Below, piece by piece: positions 1 through 8,900 of a DNA stretch of 64,000 bases. Made by a program: the position numbers and the translations under genes. The DNA is from Oscillospiraceae bacterium. GTDB taxonomy: Bacteria; Bacillota; Clostridia; Oscillospirales; CAG-272. Every line of letters begins with the position of its first letter. Position 1 is the stretch's first letter. The notes under the pieces were generated by a model that worked only from the letters and a program-made list of their open reading frames with translations, had not been told where the DNA came from and searched no databases. Location: assembly GCA_015064555.1 (NCBI GenBank), contig SVRZ01000005.1:17619-81618 (forward strand). The letters are read 5' to 3'.

Positions 1-244
1 ATATCGGAGTCACGCTGACTCTCTTATTTACAATCGGTATTCCGTAGGTATTTTCAAGATCCTCGCATACTCTGACAAGATTCCTCGCAGAGGTCATTAT
101 TTTATCGTACACCTTCTTTTCAAGCCTGTCGGGATCGTCCGAAATGCAGTCGAAAAGCGATATACCCATGGTTACCGTTCTGATATCAAGGTTTTCTTCC
201 CTGATCATACGAATGGTTTCAAGAATATCCTGTATGTTAAGCAT
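1..244 (-). CDS. UPF0210/DUF711-family protein, N-terminal 81 codons (gene runs off the window start)
   Basis: Own minus-strand translation from ATG at 244: [37 protein letters not shown]...[15 protein letters not shown], the conserved N-terminus of UPF0210 proteins. It lies directly downstream of an ACT/UPF0237 gene, the usual pairing. Absent from the ORF track because it is open-ended. Confidence 0.8.
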   Translation of the reverse strand, partial: MLNIQDILETIRMIREENLDIRTVTMGISLFDCISDDPDRLEKKVYDKIMTSARNLVRVCEDLENTYGIPIVNKRVSVTPI

Positions 245-255
245 CTTTCCCTCCG

Positions 256-525
256 TCAGATCCTGTGCATTGAATTGAATATATCCTCATGCATAACACG
301 GATATCCACACCGTTCTCGATGCCCATTTTCTGCATATCGGATGCGAAGGATGCGAAGCGGTCCGCAAGGCCGTCTATCTCAACGAGCATGGTCATAGCG
401 AAGAATTCCTTCATTACCGTCTGGCTTATATCTATGATGTTTGCGCCGTTTTTTGCGCACTCGGTGCTGACAAGCGAGATTATTCCGACCTTGTCCTTTC
501 CCGTAACGGTTATAATAGCTTTCAT
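256..525 (-). CDS. ACT-domain protein (UPF0237 family), 89 aa
   Basis: [38 protein letters not shown]... is a typical small ACT-domain protein. ATG at 525 is preceded by GGTGAGGTG. The track start at 534 is a GTG extension. Confidence 0.8.
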   Translation of the reverse strand: MKAIITVTGKDKVGIISLVSTECAKNGANIIDISQTVMKEFFAMTMLVEIDGLADRFASFASDMQKMGIENGVDIRVMHEDIFNSMHRI

Positions 526-661
526 AAAAAACACCTCACCTTATGTATTCTATACCGATATTTTACTATATATTCCTTATTTTCGCAATAGTTTCGGTTG
601 AAATTTTCCGTTTTGTATGGTAAAATAATATTTGAACAACACACTTTTATGGAGTATGCCT

Positions 662-1555
662 ATGAAAAGCGGAATCGTGGTATTAAAAAAAGAACAGGGA
701 ATGACCTCGCAGAGCGCGGTGAACAAGGTGAAGCGCATCTTCGGCGCCGACAAGGCAGGTCATACGGGTACGCTTGATCCCTTAGCAACAGGAGTCCTCC
801 CCGTCCTTATCGGAAGGGCGGTAAAGGCGAGTGAATATATGCTTTCGTCGGATAAATATTACCGCGCAACACTCAGACTGGGCATAACTACAGACACCGA
901 GGATATAACAGGCGAGGTCCTGACGAGAAGCGAGCTTATCCCCACCGAGGAGGCAGTGCTCGCCGCAGCACAGGATTTTGTCGGTGAATATATGCAGACA
1001 CCGCCTATGTACTCGGCACTCAAGGTCGGAGGCAGAAAGCTTTGCGACATCGCGCGCTCGGGCGGCGAGGTGGAAAGAGAGGCGCGCCCCGTCACGATAC
1101 ACAGTCTATCGGTAAAAAGGCTCACAGACCGCACCTATAGCCTGGACGTTCACTGCTCAAAGGGCACTTATATACGGACACTTTGTGCCGATATAGGCAA
1201 AAAGCTCGGCACAGGCGGAGTTATGGAAACGCTTGAAAGAACACACGCATCGGTATTTACCCTCAGCGATGCATACACGCTGGGAGAGCTTGAGGCGATG
1301 AGCGAAGCAGAGCGTGAGGATCTTATCGTCCCCGTAGAGCGCGTATTTATGAGTCTCAAAAACATAGAGCTTCCTCAGTTTTTTGAGAGGCTTGCCTCCT
1401 GCGGAGTGGAGATATATCTTCACAAGCTCTCCATTTCGCTTGAGTGCGGAGAGCGGGTAAGGCTCTCGGGCAAGGAGGGCTTCTTTGCCCTCGGAGAGGT
1501 TCGCGAATTTGAACAGGGGCTCGCAATAAAGCCAATAAAGCAATTTGGAGTATAA
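662..1555 (+). CDS. truB: tRNA pseudouridine(55) synthase TruB
   Basis: GIVVLKKEQGMTSQSAVNKVKRIFGADKAGHTGTLDPLATGVLPVLIG contains the TruB motif with the catalytic Asp (GTLDP). ATG at 662 has GGAG 7 nt upstream; the TTG at 632 in the track is probably an over-extension. Confidence 0.9.
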   Translation: MKSGIVVLKKEQGMTSQSAVNKVKRIFGADKAGHTGTLDPLATGVLPVLIGRAVKASEYMLSSDKYYRATLRLGITTDTEDITGEVLTRSELIPTEEAVLAAAQDFVGEYMQTPPMYSALKVGGRKLCDIARSGGEVEREARPVTIHSLSVKRLTDRTYSLDVHCSKGTYIRTLCADIGKKLGTGGVMETLERTHASVFTLSDAYTLGELEAMSEAEREDLIVPVERVFMSLKNIELPQFFERLASCGVEIYLHKLSISLECGERVRLSGKEGFFALGEVREFEQGLAIKPIKQFGV

Positions 1556-1566
1556 AGGAGAGTACC

Positions 1567-4500
1567 ATGGCTTGGACAAAGGAGCAACAGCTCGCAATAG
1601 ATACCCGCGACCGCACGCTTCTGGTGAGTGCGGCGGCAGGCTCGGGAAAAACCGCCACTCTGACCGAAAGAATAATTCAATCAATACTTGATGACAAGGA
1701 TCCGAGAGATATAGGCAGAATGCTCATAGTCACCTTCACCAACGCGGCTGTTGACGAGCTCCGCGAGAGGATAGGTCGCGCTATAAAAAAAGCAGCTCTT
1801 GAGAACCCGAAAAACACGCGTCTCGAGGAGCAGCTCCTGCGACTGAAGGATGCGAAAATTTTAACCATAACCGCCTTTTGCAACAGTATACTCCGCATGT
1901 CTGCAGAGAACGTCGGGCTCACTCCGTCATACAGAATAGCCGAGCCTGCCGAGGCGGGAATAATAGCCTCCTCGATCCTCGACGGGCTTATTGATGCGGC
2001 ATTTGAAAACGAGCTTACCGACGTCTGCTCTGCCGATGAATTCATCGAGCTTGCCGATTGCCTTGCCGGAGTCAAATACTCCGAGGCACTTTCGGAATCA
2101 ATAAAACTCATTTTTGAGAAGCTCACCTCTGCAGAAAAGGGGATAGATGCGCTTCTGCCTCTCGTCGAGGAATACGATCCCGATAAATTCGCCTCGGTTG
2201 AAGCGACACGCATCGGGGCTTATCTTACAAAATACGTACACAGGGTGCTCTCCGAATACCGTGATATATTCGGGCGGCTGCAAAGACGGGCATCCGACGC
2301 CAAGCTTGACACGGCAAACCTCGAGCGCCTCTGTGAATACTGCAAATATATAGATGATATGTCGAGGTGCGAAAGCTATAACAAAATGCGCGAGCTGACC
2401 CTCGCCTTCTCGCCTCGCTCGGTCTACAATTCAGGCAAGCTTGATCCGACGGATTTCTTCATTCTATTCAAGAATATACGCAAGTATTTCAGCGACGATA
2501 TAAAAAAGTTTAAGGATATATATTTCCTCTATTCCGAGGAAGAATGGCGTGATTCGTACACAAAGCTTTACAAATTGCTATCAATTTTCTATAAATTCCT
2601 TAAGAAATTCTATTCGGTATTTATGGAGGTCAAGCGCAAACGAGGTATATGTGAATTCTCCGACGTTGAGCGCTACGCCTACGAGGCACTCTGGGACGAG
2701 GGTGGCGAAAAGACCGAGCTCGCTCACGATCTTTCAAGAAAGTTTGACGCTATATACGTCGATGAATACCAGGATGTCAACAGTCTGCAAGCGAAGGTCT
2801 TTGAGGCTATAGCTACAGACACCAACCGCTTTATGGTTGGCGACATCAAGCAAAGCATATACGGCTTCCGAGCGGCGAAGCCCGAGATATTTGCCGATAT
2901 GAAGCGCACATACCCCGCTATGGGCAATGACGGAGACCACCCCTTCGCCTCGATATTTATGTCAAGCAACTTCAGATGCGACCGGGCTGTCGTTGATTTT
3001 GTTAACGGAATATTCGACACGGCATTCGGTCTTACTGGTGAAGGTATAGGCTACGCAAGCGGCGACAAGCTTGAATTTTCAAAAATATATCCGGATGGCC
3101 ACATACCTGTCGGTATACCGCCCGAGATACACGTTATAGAGAAGCCATCTTTGGTCTCATCGGGCTCAGATCCCGACACACTCCCCGACGAAATGCTTGA
3201 GGAGGAGTCCTCATCGGCTGACGCTATGGCGCGCTGTCTTGTTGCTAAAATATCCGAGCTTCTCAAATGCGGCAAAAAAGCCGACGGCACTCCCATCAAG
3301 CCGGAGGATATTGCGATACTCCTGCGCTCGGTAAACGGCAAGCAGGCAGCGGCTATATCCAGGGCTCTGGAAAGAGAGCGCATAGCGGCTGATATAACCG
3401 ACTCGAGCGACCTCTTTATGTGCGACGAGGTGCTTCTTGCCCTTTCCTACCTTTATTCGATAGATAATCCGCACAAGGACGTATACCTCGTTGCGCTTAT
3501 GTGCTCGCCGCTATTCGGCTTCACCGCAGACGAGCTCACAAGGATCAAAAAGGAAACCGACTGCGAAACCGTATGGGACGCCTTGACCGAATACGTACGA
3601 AAAAATCCGAGCTATACCCGCGGCAAGGATCTTATCGCCACTCTCACAGGCTACAGGCGGCTTTCCGAGGGGATGTCGACCGATGCCCTTCTCTCGCTCA
3701 TTTACCGCGAGAGCGGACTTCTCGCCCTGGCGGAAAAAAGCGGCGGCAGAGATAATCTTATGCTTCTGCACAACCATGCGCGCAAGTATGAGGAATCCGA
3801 CTTCAAGGGGCTCTACAGCTTTATAAGCTACGTGAACATGCTGATAGAAAACGAGGAAAGCTATCCCTCCGCAAAGACACGTGACAACGTGAGCTCGGTG
3901 AAGATAATGACGGTTCATAAATCAAAGGGACTTGAATTTCCCGTATGCTTCGTCGTATCTCCAACCCCCGGCGGTGGCAACGAGGGAAGAATAACCTTTG
4001 ACGAGGGCTTCGGCATCGCTATGAAGTACAAGGATGACAGCGGTCTTGCACTGGTTGACAATCCCGCCCGTCAGATCATCCGCCACTATATGGCAGAGCG
4101 TGAATTTGAGGAGGAGCTGCGCGTGCTCTACGTTGCACTCACGCGAGCAAGAGAGCAGCTTTACGTATACGGAGTATGCCCTTTAAAATCCACCGACGAA
4201 TATATGGACGGCATACTTACCACGCGCGATAATCTTTCCGATCATATCCTCAGAGGGGCGAAGGGGCTACTGGAGGTCATACTTCTGACCGCGAGCTGCG
4301 GCAAGACTGTGATAGAGTCCGACCGCACCGACATCCATCACGAACTTGACGAGTCTGTAGCTTCCTCAAGCGAAAGCAAGGACGTAAACGAAGTAACGGA
4401 AAAACACGAAAGCGAGAGCGCAAGTGCAGAGGAATACCTAAGCCGCTTCACCTTTGAGCACGAGCTTTCACACCTTGAAGCACTACCCGAAAAGGTATCC

Positions 4501-5229
4501 GTTTCAAGGCTTTCTCCCACGGTGCTTGATACAGTTGAGGACAGCTCTGTCGGCATAGACGAGCTTCTGCGTATTGAGGGCATTCTTACGGACGAAGCAA
4601 CGGAAGAAAACGAGATCGAGTCCGAAGGAGAGCAAAAGCAGATACTCCCATCATTTATGACCGGAACGTCCTCGGCTGAAAGTGCAAAGCGCGGAATAGC
4701 AACGCACACCGTTCTGCAGTTCTGCGACCTTGAAAAGATCGAGGCGAACGGAACGAGAGCCGAGCTGAAAAGGCTCACGGATCTGAAATTTATATCCGAG
4801 GAGGATATGAATCGCGTGAGGATAAACGAGATAGACCGCTTTATCGCCTCTCAGCTCTTCTCCGAGATGAAGGCAGCAAGCAAGCTCTATCGCGAGCTCC
4901 GCTTCAACGTCAAGCTCCCTGCCTCCCTCTTTACCGCAGACGAGGTCAAGGGCGAGCTGCTCTCGGACAGCGAAATACTCGTTCAGGGTGTTATAGACTG
5001 CATAATCGAGGATGCCAAGGGCAACCTTCATCTTATAGATTATAAGACAGACAGGCTCACCCGCGAGGAGCTTGCCGACACGCGACTTGGCGAGGAAAGA
5101 CTCATCGCCGCCCACCGCCTTCAGCTCTCATACTACCGCCGGGCAATAGAAATAATGTTCGGAAGACTGCCGAAGCGAGTCGGAATATATTCACTGCACC
5201 TCGGGCGCGAGATATCGGTTGACTTTTGA
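1567..5229 (+). CDS. addA: AddA-like ATP-dependent helicase/nuclease (UvrD/PcrA superfamily 1 helicase with C-terminal PD-(D/E)XK nuclease), 1220 aa
   Basis: Walker A AAAGSGKT, motif II VDEYQDVN, later helicase motifs (TVHKSKGLEF, LYVALTRAREQLY) and a C-terminal nuclease signature GVIDCIIED...LHLIDYKTD. An acidic Ser/Glu-rich linker separates the helicase and nuclease parts. Confidence 0.8.
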   Translation: MAWTKEQQLAIDTRDRTLLVSAAAGSGKTATLTERIIQSILDDKDPRDIGRMLIVTFTNAAVDELRERIGRAIKKAALENPKNTRLEEQLLRLKDAKILTITAFCNSILRMSAENVGLTPSYRIAEPAEAGIIASSILDGLIDAAFENELTDVCSADEFIELADCLAGVKYSEALSESIKLIFEKLTSAEKGIDALLPLVEEYDPDKFASVEATRIGAYLTKYVHRVLSEYRDIFGRLQRRASDAKLDTANLERLCEYCKYIDDMSRCESYNKMRELTLAFSPRSVYNSGKLDPTDFFILFKNIRKYFSDDIKKFKDIYFLYSEEEWRDSYTKLYKLLSIFYKFLKKFYSVFMEVKRKRGICEFSDVERYAYEALWDEGGEKTELAHDLSRKFDAIYVDEYQDVNSLQAKVFEAIATDTNRFMVGDIKQSIYGFRAAKPEIFADMKRTYPAMGNDGDHPFASIFMSSNFRCDRAVVDFVNGIFDTAFGLTGEGIGYASGDKLEFSKIYPDGHIPVGIPPEIHVIEKPSLVSSGSDPDTLPDEMLEEESSSADAMARCLVAKISELLKCGKKADGTPIKPEDIAILLRSVNGKQAAAISRALERERIAADITDSSDLFMCDEVLLALSYLYSIDNPHKDVYLVALMCSPLFGFTADELTRIKKETDCETVWDALTEYVRKNPSYTRGKDLIATLTGYRRLSEGMSTDALLSLIYRESGLLALAEKSGGRDNLMLLHNHARKYEESDFKGLYSFISYVNMLIENEESYPSAKTRDNVSSVKIMTVHKSKGLEFPVCFVVSPTPGGGNEGRITFDEGFGIAMKYKDDSGLALVDNPARQIIRHYMAEREFEEELRVLYVALTRAREQLYVYGVCPLKSTDEYMDGILTTRDNLSDHILRGAKGLLEVILLTASCGKTVIESDRTDIHHELDESVASSSESKDVNEVTEKHESESASAEEYLSRFTFEHELSHLEALPEKVSVSRLSPTVLDTVEDSSVGIDELLRIEGILTDEATEENEIESEGEQKQILPSFMTGTSSAESAKRGIATHTVLQFCDLEKIEANGTRAELKRLTDLKFISEEDMNRVRINEIDRFIASQLFSEMKAASKLYRELRFNVKLPASLFTADEVKGELLSDSEILVQGVIDCIIEDAKGNLHLIDYKTDRLTREELADTRLGEERLIAAHRLQLSYYRRAIEIMFGRLPKRVGIYSLHLGREISVDF

Positions 5230-5247
5230 CCGAGGATGTGGTAAAAT
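5219..5247 (+). promoter_or_regulatory. sigma-A-type promoter for the DtxR-family gene
   Basis: TTGACT (5219-5224), 17-nt spacer, TAAAAT (5242-5247) preceded by TGTGG, overlapping the 3' end of addA. Confidence 0.4.
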
Positions 5248-5273
5248 GATAAAAACGAAAAGGAGGATGCCTC

Positions 5274-5636
5274 ATGGCTTTACAGGAATCGGGAGAAATG
5301 TATCTTGAAAGCATATACGTTCTTTCGCAGACAAACGATTCGATACACGCAATAGACGTTTCGGGCTATATGGGATATTCAAAGCCCTCGGTGAGCCGCG
5401 CTATGGGTATCTTGAAAAAAGAAGGCTATATCACGGTGGACGCTGACGGTCACATTCATCTTACAGAAAGCGGTATATCGGTAGCAGAAACTATGTACCG
5501 TCGCCACACTCTTCTGACCGATTTTCTTACAAGGCTCGGCGTTGATGAAAAAATCGCCTCAAACGACGCCTGCAAAATAGAGCACGTTATCAGCGAAGAG
5601 TCCTTCAGTGCAATAGAAAAATATATGAATAAGTAA
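5274..5636 (+). CDS. DtxR/MntR-family metal-dependent transcriptional repressor, 120 aa
   Basis: SGEMYLESIYVL...SKPSVSRAMGILKKEGYI...HLTESG...YRRHTLLTDFLTRLGV...DACKIEHVIS matches the DtxR-family winged-HTH plus metal-binding/dimerisation helix pattern. Confidence 0.85.
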   Translation: MALQESGEMYLESIYVLSQTNDSIHAIDVSGYMGYSKPSVSRAMGILKKEGYITVDADGHIHLTESGISVAETMYRRHTLLTDFLTRLGVDEKIASNDACKIEHVISEESFSAIEKYMNK

Positions 5637-5727
5637 ATTTTAGTTTGCATTTCAGCTTGATATCCGACAGTGTAACGCCTTTATCAAAAGAGCCGTTATG
5701 GTTGCTTTTATTTGAATTCAATATAAT

Positions 5728-5790
5728 AAAATCCCGCTGCGTATCGACGTTGTCCCGGATGGACAACCGCACCGATACGCGGCGGGATTT
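5728..5790. terminator. long bidirectional rho-independent terminator
   Basis: AAATCCCGC-GCGTATCG...GTTGTCC/GGACAAC...CGATACGC-GCGGGATTT hairpin flanked by an A-run and T-run. It closes the DtxR gene (+) and the giant-1/peptide-A transcript (-). Confidence 0.7.
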
Positions 5791-5849
5791 GTTATTGAAG
5801 ATATTTCAGAGAAATTTTTCCGAGGTAATTTTGTCGGAAAGACGAAAAT

Positions 5850-5981
5850 TTATCCAAGGTCAAGATCCCAGATTCCGTCACTTTCCTCCTTGGGAGTCGT
5901 TTCGGTTCCGGGAGAGGAGGTTATGATATCCTCTGCCGAAAGCTCGATCACTTCAAGCTCGGGGGTATGATACTTTTTCAT
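5850..5981 (-). CDS. small acidic peptide A, 43 aa (MKKYHTPELEVIELSAEDIITSSPGTETTPKEESDGIWDLDLG), unknown function
   Basis: Below the ORF-track cutoff. ATG at 5981 has AAAGGAGA 10 nt upstream, beginning just after the TAA of the 2217-aa gene. A paralog lies at 35994..36122. The N-terminal halves differ mainly at third codon positions or by conservative changes, which is a coding-type pattern. Confidence 0.65.
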   Translation of the reverse strand: MKKYHTPELEVIELSAEDIITSSPGTETTPKEESDGIWDLDLG

Positions 5982-5999
5982 TTTTCATAATCTCCTTTC

Positions 6000-8900
6000 T
6001 TACTTGGCAACAGACTCTCTGTAAGCCTTCGCACTCTCGCAATACTTAGCGAAGCGTGAAACAAGCTTTGTGAGAGCATCGTTATTCTGTGTCGCTGCCC
6101 ATTCGTAATAACATCTGATATGGCAGGAATCGCTCTCACCGTTTACGGTGTAATCAACCGTTTCGGCAAGCTCGTATGCATAGAGCTTAACCTCGAGGTG
6201 TCTGCCGTTCTTATCGCTGCCTTCGGTTGCCGCAACCGCACTACCCTTTATCGAGAATGCGAAATCGGATGCATTATATCCGTCTGCAAGATAGAAGCGA
6301 AGAGCGGGGGTTGCATCGAGGTTATAGGTGACCGCAGTGATGCCGAGCGTGGGCTTTTCGGCACTTCCGCTCATCACGGGTATGCTCGTTTCGTCATAAT
6401 TCTCACCGAGAAGCGCGTCTATCTTTGCCATAGCCTCTGCATCCTCTGTGCCGAAGAATGTGTATGCCGCTCTGATATAGGAAAGAACGTCCTTTACAAG
6501 AGTCTTTTCGGTAGCCGAAGCCGAAGTATCGGAAAGAAGCTTTTCCGCGTACTTGGGAATCGAGAAGGTGAACGTACCTCTCATTACCTTTCCGTCGACG
6601 GTAAGGGTTGCCGTGAGCTTTATCTCTCTTGCCGCTTCTCTTGCACCGAGAGATACGGTTACAAGATAGTAGCCGTCCTTAACGGTAAGAGTCGAGAGGT
6701 CGAGAGCCGCACCGTCAAGGTTAAGAGCGGTGAGATTTGCGTTCATGGGAACGTAGATATTGAATATAAGCTCCGAGCCAAGAGTGATGCTTGACTTGGG
6801 AACGAAGGTCAGAGCCATCTTAGGAGTAAGTCTGTATACGGCTTTACCGTTCGTTGCCGAGGCTTTAACAAATATACACTCGATGCCGTTGGAGGTCTTA
6901 TAGACATTACTTACACCGGGAGCAGTTGCATTTTCGGGGAGGATCAAATCCACTGCATTTTTACCGAAAGCAAGAGTATCCGGAGATCCCTCTCCTTCAA
7001 CGCGCTCGGGACTGAAGGTTGCAAACTCAAAATACTTATCCGCAAATATCTGACCGCCGTTCACGGTAACGTTCACATCAAATTTATTACTGCTGCCGCC
7101 GTCTGCCATACCGAATAGATTTGTGATACTCGCACCCGTCGCATCAAAGGTACAGTCATTGAATACCATATTATACTTAGCGCCGTACGTTCCGTCGCTG
7201 AATGCAACCATAACAAGGCTTCCGCTATGATTGCTCGCGGCGGTGAAGGTTACACTGTCAAACGTTACGTTGAATTCCGCTCCAACGTTCTGCTTATTGT
7301 TGCTGTTAAAGCTGATAGGCGGATTAACCGAATGAGTAGTGTTAAGAGTTCCGTTTTTAACGGTTATATTGGCTGTAAATTCCTTATTATCTCTGCCGGA
7401 AAGATTAAAGAGATGATAGCTTCCTCTTGTAAGCGTATTTCCGTTCAGATCGATCGTAATATACTTCACGGTATAAAGATTCGCCGAGCTTGCGGTAGAG
7501 ATATGATCATCGCGAACGAGAAGCACCGTATTCTTCGATTCACTCGTATCGACCTTTCCGATTGCCTGACAGAAATCGTACCAGGTTGCATATGCCGTGT
7601 TGAAGATTCCGTTTTGGAAGAGCGCAAAGGGATATTTTGTAATATCAGCATACAGGAACGGAATTTCTCCGTATGCTGTAACAACGCTTTCTCCCAGTTC
7701 ATAAACAGCAGTTGTTCCGTCTGTTGAGATCAGCGCATAGCTTATTTTAGCATTACTGTTATAAACGTTTGTCGGTGCCGAGAGCGATGCGGGCATTTCA
7801 ATCTTGGCATATTTACCGTCTTCATTCTTTTCAAACTTCCACGTATCAGCTTCACCTTCGGCATATCCCGTTTTTCTCGTCATGAGCTTTCCGGTAAAGT
7901 CGGCATCGGATAATATTTCTCCGCCCTTGAAGACAACGTGCATTACGTGAGAATTGTTCGCATCAGCACCGGCAACAATGATATTAAAAGCCGAGGTGTG
8001 TGACGTCAGATCGAGCGTACAATTTTCAAATACGACGTCGGTTACACAAAGACCGGCAGCACTATCACCGGCTTCTATTATAGACCAGGTCGTCTTGTGA
8101 GTTATATTAACGTTGGTGAACGTTAATTTAAGATCCTGTCTTACCGATGCAGACTGATTAAGCAAGTTTGCAAGCCTGCGTCCCGCTATAACTATATTAC
8201 CGTTCTTTATATTAACGTTTACGGTATTTGCCTTGGATCCATGGTTGAACTGCATAATTTCCCTGTAGGAATACAACGTGTTACCGCAAAAGTCAACGTT
8301 AAGTGTACCCACAAGCTTATTATAAGTATTCGGTGTAGCGGTTGCTCTGTTTTCAAAATCTCTTCTTAAAACTACGGTAACCACGTCGCCGACATTTGTT
8401 GCGAGAGAAATTGCAGTAGGTATAACGCCTTCATTCTTGGAAGTATTCCAATTATCACCGGCACCTACGCATACCCCACCCTTGAAGATAAGGAAAGGAT
8501 ATGCTTCCTTGTCCAGGTACTCGGTAGGTATTTCACCGTATCCGGGAATATAGTTTTCTATAAGCGTATACGTTGCATTCGTTTCATCAGAGGAGAGCTT
8601 CACAAAAGCAACCCCCTCGCTGTTATAGGTCTTCGTGGGTGCTGCAACGCCCGAGGGCATGGTGAACTTGGTATAATTTCCCTCCGAATCGGGCTCAAAC
8701 CTGAAGGTATCTGCCTCGCCGGCAGGATAACCGGAATTCATCGACATCATGCTATCGGCGAAATTAACGTTTGATACAAATTCTCCGCCCTTGAATACCA
8801 CGTGCATCAAATGCGATTTAGAGGTATCATTATGCGATGTTATAAACGTAAAGGCACTTCCGGTATAATTCGTGAGATCAAACTTACAGTTATCAAATAT

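Noticed and set aside
5645-5926. Plus-strand ORFs 5645..5926 and 35765..36067 sharing a C-terminal DPRFR..PPWESFRFRERRL
   Set aside because: The shared tail is simply the antisense reading of the conserved 82-nt block. The minus-strand peptides have proper SD and ATG signals and a synonymous-substitution pattern, whereas the plus-strand ORFs have unrelated N-termini and no start signals.
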